64,000 nucleotides of DNA. Source: Escherichia coli (GTDB lineage Bacteria; Pseudomonadota; Gammaproteobacteria; Enterobacterales; Enterobacteriaceae). Each line of letters begins with the position of its first letter. The first letter of the stretch is position 1. Shown piece after piece: positions 55,262 to 64,000 of this stretch. The DNA lies in assembly GCF_017348835.2 (NCBI RefSeq), contig NZ_CP071375.1; one strand, written 5' to 3'. The notes under the pieces are model-generated. The model was not told the origin of the DNA and did not search any database. It saw only the letters and a list, made by a program, of their open reading frames with translations. Position numbers and translations under genes: made by a program.

Positions 55262-57511
55262 ATGGCGCGTTCCAAAACTGCTCAGCCAAAACACTCACTG
55301 CGTAAAATCGCAGTTGTAGTAGCCACAGCGGTTAGCGGCATGTCTGTTTATGCACAGGCAGCGGTTGAACCGAAAGAAGACACTATCACCGTTACCGCTG
55401 CACCTGCGCCGCAAGAAAGCGCATGGGGGCCTGCTGCAACTATTGCGGCGCGACAGTCAGCTACCGGCACTAAAACCGATACGCCGATTCAAAAAGTGCC
55501 ACAGTCTATTTCTGTTGTGACCGCCGAAGAGATGGCGCTGCATCAGCCGAAGTCGGTAAAAGAAGCGCTTAGCTACACTCCTGGCGTTGCCGTGGGAACT
55601 CGTGGCGCATCCAACACTTACGATTACCTGATCATCCGCGGATTTGCCGCTGACGGCCAAAGCCAGAACAACTATCTGAATGGCCTGAAGATGCAGGGCA
55701 ACTTCTATAACGATGCGGTTATTGACCCATATATGCTGGAGCGCGCTGAAATCATGCGTGGCCCGGTTTCCGTGCTGTATGGGAAAAGCAGCCCAGGTGG
55801 CCTGTTGAACATGGTCAGCAAGCGCCCGACCACTGAACCGTTGAAAGAAGTTCAGTTTAAGGCCGGTACTGACAGCCTGTTCCAGACCGGTTTTGACTTC
55901 AGCGATGCGCTGGATGATGACGGCGTTTACTCTTATCGTCTGACCGGTCTTGCGCGCTCTGCCAATGCCCAGCAAAAGGGCGCGGAAGAGCAGCGTTATG
56001 CCATTGCGCCAGCGTTCACCTGGCGTCCGGACGATAAAACCAATTTCACCTTCCTCTCTTACTTCCAGAACGAGCCGGAAACCGGTTATTACGGCTGGTT
56101 GCCGAAAGAGGGAACCGTTGAGCCGCTGCCGAACGGTAAGCGTCTGCCGACAGACTTTAACGAAGGGGCGAAGAACAACACCTATTCTCGTAATGAGAAG
56201 ATGATTGGCTATAGCTTCGACCACGAATTTAACGACACCTTTACCGTACGTCAGAACCTTCGCTTTGCGCAAAATAAAGTTTCGCAAAAGAGCGTATATG
56301 GCTACGGCATGTGTTCAGATCCTCTCTATTCCTCAAACCCCTCTTCGAGTCCATGTGCCAACGTGCCGCAGTCTCAATGGGGCCATACACTGACTCGTCA
56401 GTACGTTATCGATAATGAGAAGTTAGAAAACTTCTCTGTTGATACTCAGTTGCAAAGCAAATTCGCAACCGGTTCAGTGGATCACACTCTGCTGACTGGC
56501 GTTGACTTTATGCGTATGCGTAATGACATCGACTCCTGGTTCGGATATGCCGGTTCAGTTGCACCATCTGATATCTATAATTTAGACCGTAGTGACTTTG
56601 ATTTTGGCGCTCACCCAAATCCGTCTGGTCCATACCGCGTTCTGCTGAAACAGAAACAAACCGGTCTGTATGTTCAGGATCAGGCGCAGTGGGATAAAGT
56701 GCTGGTTACGCTTGGCGGTCGCTATGACTGGGCCGATCAGTCATCTTTCAACCGTGATTACGGTAATAAATCCGATCGCGATGATAAACAGTTCACCTGG
56801 CGTGGCGGTGTTAACTATCTGTTCGACAACGGCGTAACGCCTTATTTCAGCTACAGTGAATCGTTTGAACCCGCTTCGCAGACCGATGCAAACGGCGATC
56901 TGTTTGCACCTTCGAAAGGCAAACAGTATGAAGTCGGCGTGAAATATGTGCCAGAAGATCGCCCAATTGTGGTGACTGGCGCACTGTATCAGCTTACCAA
57001 AACTAATAACCTGATGGCGGATCCGAACGGTTCACTGTTCTCGGTTGAAGGCGGTGAGATTCGTGCGCGTGGCGTAGAGCTGGAAGCGAAAGCGGCACTA
57101 TCGGCGAGTGTTAACTTAGTTGGTTCTTACACCTACACCGACGCGGAATACACCACTGACACCAACTACAAAGGCAATACGCCGGCACAGGTGCCAAAAC
57201 ACATGGCTTCGCTGTGGGCTGACTATACCTTCTTTGACGGTCCGCTTTCAGGTCTGACGCTGGGCACCGGTGGTCGTTATACTGGCTCCAGCTATGGTGA
57301 TCCGGCTAACTCCTTTAAAGTGGGAAGTTATACGGTCGTGGATGCGTTAGTGCGTTATGATCTGGCGCGAGTCGGCATGGCTGGCTCCAACGTGGCGCTG
57401 CATGTTAACAACCTGTTCGATCGTGAATACGTCGCCAGCTGCTTTAACACTTATGGCTGCTTCTGGGGCGCAGAACGTCAGGTCGTTGCAACCGCAACCT
57501 TCCGTTTCTAA
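55262..57511 (+). CDS. fhuA: TonB-dependent ferrichrome outer-membrane transporter
   Basis: 749-aa ORF; signal peptide; TonB box DTITVTAA; C-terminal ...VVATATFRF. Confidence 0.95.
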   Translation: MARSKTAQPKHSLRKIAVVVATAVSGMSVYAQAAVEPKEDTITVTAAPAPQESAWGPAATIAARQSATGTKTDTPIQKVPQSISVVTAEEMALHQPKSVKEALSYTPGVAVGTRGASNTYDYLIIRGFAADGQSQNNYLNGLKMQGNFYNDAVIDPYMLERAEIMRGPVSVLYGKSSPGGLLNMVSKRPTTEPLKEVQFKAGTDSLFQTGFDFSDALDDDGVYSYRLTGLARSANAQQKGAEEQRYAIAPAFTWRPDDKTNFTFLSYFQNEPETGYYGWLPKEGTVEPLPNGKRLPTDFNEGAKNNTYSRNEKMIGYSFDHEFNDTFTVRQNLRFAQNKVSQKSVYGYGMCSDPLYSSNPSSSPCANVPQSQWGHTLTRQYVIDNEKLENFSVDTQLQSKFATGSVDHTLLTGVDFMRMRNDIDSWFGYAGSVAPSDIYNLDRSDFDFGAHPNPSGPYRVLLKQKQTGLYVQDQAQWDKVLVTLGGRYDWADQSSFNRDYGNKSDRDDKQFTWRGGVNYLFDNGVTPYFSYSESFEPASQTDANGDLFAPSKGKQYEVGVKYVPEDRPIVVTGALYQLTKTNNLMADPNGSLFSVEGGEIRARGVELEAKAALSASVNLVGSYTYTDAEYTTDTNYKGNTPAQVPKHMASLWADYTFFDGPLSGLTLGTGGRYTGSSYGDPANSFKVGSYTVVDALVRYDLARVGMAGSNVALHVNNLFDREYVASCFNTYGCFWGAERQVVATATFRF

Positions 57512-57561
57512 TTTCTCTTTTGGGGCACGGATTTCCGTGCCCGTTTCACAAGTTGGCTGTT

Positions 57562-58359
57562 ATGCAGGAATACACGAATCATTCCGATACCACTTTTGCA
57601 CTGCGTAATATCTCCTTTCGTGTGCCAGGGCGCACGCTTTTGCATCCGCTGTCGTTAACCTTTCCTGCCGGAAAAGTGACTGGTTTGATTGGTCACAACG
57701 GTTCTGGTAAATCCACGCTGTTAAAAATGTTGGGCCGTCATCAGCCGCCGTCAGAAGGTGAAATTCTTCTTGATGCCCAGCCGCTGGAAAGCTGGAGTAG
57801 CAAAGCATTCGCCCGCAAAGTGGCTTATTTGCCGCAGCAGCTTCCTCCGGCAGAAGGGATGACCGTGCGTGAACTGGTGGCGATTGGTCGTTACCCGTGG
57901 CATGGCGCGCTGGGGCGCTTTGGTGCGGCAGATCGCGAAAAAGTTGAGGAAGCTATCTCGCTGGTTGGCTTAAAACCGCTGGCGCATCGGCTGGTCGATA
58001 GTCTCTCTGGCGGTGAGCGTCAGCGGGCGTGGATCGCCATGCTGGTGGCGCAGGATAGCCGTTGTCTGTTGCTCGACGAACCGACCTCGGCGTTGGATAT
58101 CGCCCACCAGGTTGATGTGCTGGCGCTGGTGCACCGTTTAAGTCAGGAACGTGGTCTGACGGTCATTGCCGTGCTGCACGATATCAATATGGCGGCACGC
58201 TACTGTGATTATCTGGTCGCCCTGCGCGGCGGTGAAATGATTGCTCAGGGAACGCCTGCGGAAATTATGCGCGGCGAAACCCTCGAAATGATTTATGGCA
58301 TCCCGATGGGTATTTTGCCGCATCCGGCGGGTGCTGCACCTGTGAGTTTTGTTTATTGA
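57562..58359 (+). CDS. fhuC: ferric hydroxamate ABC transporter ATP-binding protein
   Basis: ATG at 57562 gives MQEYTNHSDTTFALRNISF... (265 aa); Walker A GHNGSGKST. Confidence 0.95.
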   Translation: MQEYTNHSDTTFALRNISFRVPGRTLLHPLSLTFPAGKVTGLIGHNGSGKSTLLKMLGRHQPPSEGEILLDAQPLESWSSKAFARKVAYLPQQLPPAEGMTVRELVAIGRYPWHGALGRFGAADREKVEEAISLVGLKPLAHRLVDSLSGGERQRAWIAMLVAQDSRCLLLDEPTSALDIAHQVDVLALVHRLSQERGLTVIAVLHDINMAARYCDYLVALRGGEMIAQGTPAEIMRGETLEMIYGIPMGILPHPAGAAPVSFVY

Positions 58360-59249
58360 TGAGCGGCTTACCTCTTATTTCGCGCCGTCGACTGTTAACG
58401 GCGATGGCGCTTTCTCCGTTGTTATGGCAGATGAATGCCGCCCACGCGGCGGCTATTGATCCCAATCGTATTGTGGCGCTGGAGTGGTTGCCGGTGGAAT
58501 TACTGCTGGCGCTCGGCATCGTGCCTTATGGCGTGGCGGACACCATCAACTATCGCCTGTGGGTTAGCGAACCACCGTTACTTGAATCGGTGATTGACGT
58601 CGGTTTGCGCACAGAACCTAACCTTGAACTGCTGACCGAAATGAAACCGTCGTTTATGGTCTGGTCGGCAGGATATGGCCCTTCACCAGAAATGCTGGCT
58701 CGTATTGCGCCGGGGCGCGGATTTAACTTCAGCGACGGCAAACAGCCGCTGGCGATGGCGCGTAAATCACTGACGGAAATGGCAGATTTACTTAACCTGC
58801 AAAGCGCAGCGGAAACGCATTTAGCGCAATACGAAGACTTTATCCGCAGCATGAAACCCCGCTTTGTGAAGCGTGGTGCACGCCCGTTATTGCTGACGAC
58901 GCTTATCGATCCGCGCCATATGTTGGTCTTCGGGCCAAACAGCTTGTTCCAGGAAATTCTCGATGAGTACGGCATCCCAAATGCCTGGCAAGGGGAAACC
59001 AACTTCTGGGGCAGCACCGCCGTCAGTATCGATCGTCTGGCGGCGTATAAAGATGTTGATGTGCTCTGTTTTGATCACGACAACAGCAAAGACATGGATG
59101 CGCTAATGGCAACCCCGCTGTGGCAGGCCATGCCGTTTGTCCGTACAGGGCGCTTTCAGCGCGTACCTGCAGTCTGGTTTTATGGTGCGACGCTCTCGGC
59201 AATGCACTTTGTGCGTATTCTGGATAACGCCATCGGAGGTAAAGCGTGA
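58359..59249 (+). CDS. fhuD: ferric hydroxamate periplasmic binding protein
   Basis: ATG at 58359 overlaps fhuC stop (TGATG); MSGLPLISRRRLLTAMALSPLLW (Tat-like RR signal). Confidence 0.93.
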   Translation: MSGLPLISRRRLLTAMALSPLLWQMNAAHAAAIDPNRIVALEWLPVELLLALGIVPYGVADTINYRLWVSEPPLLESVIDVGLRTEPNLELLTEMKPSFMVWSAGYGPSPEMLARIAPGRGFNFSDGKQPLAMARKSLTEMADLLNLQSAAETHLAQYEDFIRSMKPRFVKRGARPLLLTTLIDPRHMLVFGPNSLFQEILDEYGIPNAWQGETNFWGSTAVSIDRLAAYKDVDVLCFDHDNSKDMDALMATPLWQAMPFVRTGRFQRVPAVWFYGATLSAMHFVRILDNAIGGKA

Positions 59250-61228
59250 GTAAACGAATTGCGCTTTTCCCGGCGTTATTGCTGGCGCTGTTAGTGATTG
59301 TCGCTACGGCGCTCACCTGGATGAACTTCTCGCAGGCGCTGCCGCGTAGCCAGTGGGCGCAGGCTGCCTGGTCGCCGGATATTGACGTCATCGAGCAGAT
59401 GATTTTTCACTACAGCTTGTTGCCGCGTCTGGCGATTTCGCTGCTGGTGGGCGCGGGCCTGGGGCTGGTGGGCGTGCTGTTTCAGCAAGTGCTGCGTAAC
59501 CCGCTGGCGGAACCGACGACGTTGGGCGTTGCTACAGGCGCGCAACTGGGGATTACCGTCACGACGCTCTGGGCGATCCCTGGTGCGATGGCGAGCCAGT
59601 TTGCTGCGCTGGCAGGGGCTTGTGTTGTTGGCTTAATTGTCTTTGGCGTCGCGTGGGGGAAACGGCTGTCGCCGGTAACGCTGATTCTCGCGGGGCTGGT
59701 AGTGAGCCTTTATTGTGGGGCAATCAATCAATTACTGGTTATCTTCCATCATGACCAGTTGCAAAGCATGTTTCTGTGGAGCACTGGAACGCTGACGCAA
59801 ACCGACTGGGGCGGCGTTGAGCGTTTATGGCCGCAGCTGCTGGGCGGCGTGATGCTGACGTTATTGCTACTTCGCCCGTTAACCCTGATGGGGCTTGATG
59901 ATGGCGTGGCGCGCAATCTCGGGCTGGCCTTGTCGCTCGCGCGTCTGGCGGCGCTGTCGCTGGCGATTGTCATCAGTGCGCTGCTGGTGAATGCGGTAGG
60001 GATTATCGGCTTTATCGGGTTGTTCGCGCCGCTGCTGGCAAAAATGCTGGGGGCGCGGCGTCTGCTGCCACGGTTGATGCTGGCGTCGCTGATTGGGGCG
60101 CTGATCCTCTGGCTTTCCGATCAAATCATCCTCTGGCTGACTCGTGTGTGGATGGAAGTGTCCACCGGTTCGGTCACTGCGTTGATCGGTGCGCCGCTGC
60201 TACTGTGGCTGTTGCCGCGTTTACGCAGCATTAGCGCGCCGGATATGAAGGTCAACGATCGTGTCGCGGCTGAACGCCAACATGTGCTGGCGTTTGCCCT
60301 CGCGGGCGGCGTGCTGCTGTTGATGGCTGTGGTGGTGGCGCTGTCGTTTGGTCGTGATGCGCACGGCTGGACGTGGGCGAGCGGGGCGTTGCTCGATGAT
60401 TTAATGCCCTGGCGCTGGCCGCGAATTATGGCGGCGCTGTTTGCGGGCGTCATGCTGGCGGTGGCGGGCTGTATTATTCAGCGGCTGACCGGAAACCCGA
60501 TGGCAAGCCCGGAAGTGCTGGGGATTAGCTCCGGCGCGGCGTTTGGCGTGGTGTTAATGCTGTTTCTGGTACCGGGTAATGCCTTTGGCTGGCTGTTACC
60601 CGCAGGCAGTCTCGGGGCGGCGGTGACGCTGTTGATCATTATGATCGCCGCCGGACGCGGTGGATTTTCCCCACACCGTATGTTACTGGCGGGGATGGCG
60701 TTAAGTACCGCATTCACCATGCTTTTGATGATGTTGCAGGCGAGCGGTGACCCGCGAATGGCGCAAGTGCTGACCTGGATTTCCGGTTCGACCTACAACG
60801 CGACCGATGCGCAGGTCTGGCGCACCGGAATTGTGATGGTGATTTTGCTGGCGATTACCCCGCTGTGCCGCCGCTGGCTGACCATTTTACCGCTGGGTGG
60901 TGATACCGCCCGAGCCGTAGGAATGGCGCTGACGCCGACGCGAATTGCGCTGCTGCTGTTAGCGGCTTGCCTGACGGCGACCGCGACGATGACTATTGGA
61001 CCGTTGAGTTTTGTTGGTTTAATGGCACCGCATATTGCGCGGATGATGGGTTTTCGACGGACGATGCCACACATCGTAATTTCGGCGCTGGTGGGTGGTT
61101 TACTGCTGGTATTCGCTGACTGGTGTGGGCGGATGGTGCTGTTTCCATTCCAGATCCCGGCGGGGCTGCTGTCGACCTTTATCGGCGCGCCATATTTTAT
61201 CTATTTGTTGAGAAAGCAGAGCCGTTAA
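59246..61228 (+). CDS. fhuB: ferric hydroxamate ABC transporter permease (fused duplicated permease)
   Basis: 660-aa ORF with GTG start overlapping fhuD stop; two homologous halves. Confidence 0.93.
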   Translation: MSKRIALFPALLLALLVIVATALTWMNFSQALPRSQWAQAAWSPDIDVIEQMIFHYSLLPRLAISLLVGAGLGLVGVLFQQVLRNPLAEPTTLGVATGAQLGITVTTLWAIPGAMASQFAALAGACVVGLIVFGVAWGKRLSPVTLILAGLVVSLYCGAINQLLVIFHHDQLQSMFLWSTGTLTQTDWGGVERLWPQLLGGVMLTLLLLRPLTLMGLDDGVARNLGLALSLARLAALSLAIVISALLVNAVGIIGFIGLFAPLLAKMLGARRLLPRLMLASLIGALILWLSDQIILWLTRVWMEVSTGSVTALIGAPLLLWLLPRLRSISAPDMKVNDRVAAERQHVLAFALAGGVLLLMAVVVALSFGRDAHGWTWASGALLDDLMPWRWPRIMAALFAGVMLAVAGCIIQRLTGNPMASPEVLGISSGAAFGVVLMLFLVPGNAFGWLLPAGSLGAAVTLLIIMIAAGRGGFSPHRMLLAGMALSTAFTMLLMMLQASGDPRMAQVLTWISGSTYNATDAQVWRTGIVMVILLAITPLCRRWLTILPLGGDTARAVGMALTPTRIALLLLAACLTATATMTIGPLSFVGLMAPHIARMMGFRRTMPHIVISALVGGLLLVFADWCGRMVLFPFQIPAGLLSTFIGAPYFIYLLRKQSR

Positions 61229-61234
61229 TAGAAT

Positions 61235-61255
61235 GCCTCGCCCGGTGGGCGAGGC
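61235..61255. terminator. bidirectional hairpin terminator between convergent fhuB and hemL
   Basis: gcctcgccc-ggt-gggcgaggc flanked by A/T-rich sequence. Confidence 0.7.
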
Positions 61256-61262
61256 AAAATCA

Positions 61263-62543
61263 TCACAACTTCGCAAACACCCGACGTGCAGCATCGATGG
61301 TGTTATTGATATCTTCCATGCTGTGCGCCACAGACATAAAGCCCGCTTCAAACGCTGACGGTGCCAGGTAAACACCTTCATCCAGCATCATATGGAAGAA
61401 ACGCTTAAAGCGCTCGACGTCACAGGCCATCACATCCTGATAGCACGTCACGGACCCGGCGTCGGTAAAGAAGATACCGAACATACCACCGACGTGGTTA
61501 ACGACCAGCGGAATTCCGGCTTCTTCTGCCGCTTCCAGCAGACCTTCTGCCAGACGTGTTGTCAGCTCATCCAGCGTTTCGTGAACGCCCGGCTGCGCGA
61601 CTTCATTCAGACAGGCGAAACCGGCTGCCATCGCAATTGGGTTACCGGAAAGCGTACCCGCCTGATAGACCGGACCCGTCGGGGCCAGCGCATCCATTAC
61701 ATCACGACGACCACCGAATGCGCCTACCGGCATTCCACCGCCGATGATTTTTCCGAGGCAGGTTAAATCTGGCACTACGCCGTAATAATCCTGTGCGCCA
61801 GCTAGCGCTACGCGGAAACCGGTCATCACTTCATCGATGATCAGCAACGCGCCAAATTCGTCACACAGCGCACGCAGACCTGGCAGGAACTCTGGCAGCG
61901 GCGGAACACAGTTCATATTGCCTGCCACCGGCTCGACGATAATACAGGCAATCTCTTGCGGGTATTGCTCAAACGCGGCGCGTACAGAAGCCAGATCGTT
62001 ATAAGTACAGGTTAAGGTATGTTTGGCGAAATCTGCCGGAACGCCCGGCGAGTTTGGCTGGCCTAACGTGAGTGCGCCAGAACCGGCTTTTACCAGCAGG
62101 CAGTCAGCGTGACCGTGGTAACAACCTTCAAATTTAATAATTTTGTCGCGACCGGTAAAACCACGGGCCAGGCGGATGGCGCTCATGGTCGCCTCGGTGC
62201 CGGAGTTCACCATGCGCACCATATCCATGGTCGGGACCAGTTCGGTCACCAGTTGCGCCATTCTCACTTCCATTTCGGTCGGTGCACCAAAGCTTAAACC
62301 ACGCTCGGCGGCTTCAATCACGGCATTGCGGATCGCCGGATGGTTATGGCCCAGCACCATCGGCCCCCAGGAACCGACATAATCGATATAGGCTTTGCCA
62401 TCAACATCGTACAGATAAGCGCCGTCCGCTTTTTCGATAAACAGTGGAGTGCCGCCCACGCCAGTAAAGGCGCGAACAGGGGAGTTCACACCGCCAGGGA
62501 TCAGCTCGCGCGCTGCGCTGTAAAGATTTTCAGACTTACTCAT
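61263..62543 (-). CDS. hemL: glutamate-1-semialdehyde 2,1-aminomutase
   Basis: 426-aa [32 protein letters not shown]-dependent aminotransferase class III. Confidence 0.95.
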   Translation of the reverse strand: MSKSENLYSAARELIPGGVNSPVRAFTGVGGTPLFIEKADGAYLYDVDGKAYIDYVGSWGPMVLGHNHPAIRNAVIEAAERGLSFGAPTEMEVRMAQLVTELVPTMDMVRMVNSGTEATMSAIRLARGFTGRDKIIKFEGCYHGHADCLLVKAGSGALTLGQPNSPGVPADFAKHTLTCTYNDLASVRAAFEQYPQEIACIIVEPVAGNMNCVPPLPEFLPGLRALCDEFGALLIIDEVMTGFRVALAGAQDYYGVVPDLTCLGKIIGGGMPVGAFGGRRDVMDALAPTGPVYQAGTLSGNPIAMAAGFACLNEVAQPGVHETLDELTTRLAEGLLEAAEEAGIPLVVNHVGGMFGIFFTDAGSVTCYQDVMACDVERFKRFFHMMLDEGVYLAPSAFEAGFMSVAHSMEDINNTIDAARRVFAKL

Positions 62544-62749
62544 GGAGGGTTCCTGATTCGTAGAAAAAGTGAATGGCTGCTATTCTATGTTATTCATAAC
62601 AAGTTAAATACTCGTCAAACATCAGGCTGCTTGTACTGGTGCAATCCTGAGTTCTTAGAGTATAAAAGTTTTGTGCATTTGAAACATTACGCTTTGCAAA
62701 GGATTTTCATGGAACGTGCGAGTAAAATGCCGTCATCTTATTTGTATGA

Positions 62750-64000
<1,251 letters not shown>

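Overview
This window reads as a contiguous stretch of Escherichia coli core chromosome with the gene order known from K-12 (roughly the coaE to clcA interval, min ~2.3-3.6). I identify it by direct reading of the translated ORFs and recognition of the proteins, not by any search. Gene order: zapD'(partial)-coaE / guaC / hofC-hofB-ppdD (cryptic type IV pilus) / nadC / ampD-ampE / aroP / pdhR-aceE-aceF-lpd / yacH / acnB-yacL / speD-speE / yacC / cueO / gcd / hpt / can / yadG-yadH-yadI-yadE / panD / rpnC (yadD) plus a small downstream ORF / panC-panB / yad chaperone-usher fimbrial operon (yadC-yadK-yadL-yadM-htrE-yadV-yadN) / folK-pcnB / gluQ-dksA / sfsA / thpR(ligT) / hrpB / mrcB / fhuA-fhuC-fhuD-fhuB / hemL / clcA'(partial). 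I found no rRNA, tRNA, CRISPR array, IS element or prophage. The supplied ORF track treats GTG/TTG as starts and often begins upstream of the real start; I re-placed starts where an ATG with a Shine-Dalgarno sequence matches the known N-terminus. Coordinates include the stop codon. The most interesting signal is at rpnC: a strong internal SD plus in-frame ATG-ATG that would express the C-terminal ~50 aa separately, followed by a tandem-duplicated copy of that same module as a free-standing 69-aa ORF with its own SD. This matches the recently described Rpn toxin / intragenic RpnS antitoxin arrangement, here with an extra detached copy. Other points worth a second look: the YacH secreted protein with 96-bp tandem repeats and a His/Asp-rich tract; the uncharacterised yadGHI-yadE module; the AT-rich control region of the cryptic yad fimbrial operon; apparently divergent FhuA loops; and GC-rich palindromic repeats between hrpB-mrcB and ampE-aroP. 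All functional calls rest on recognition of well-known proteins and motifs; comparisons to K-12 sequences are from memory and need alignment to confirm.
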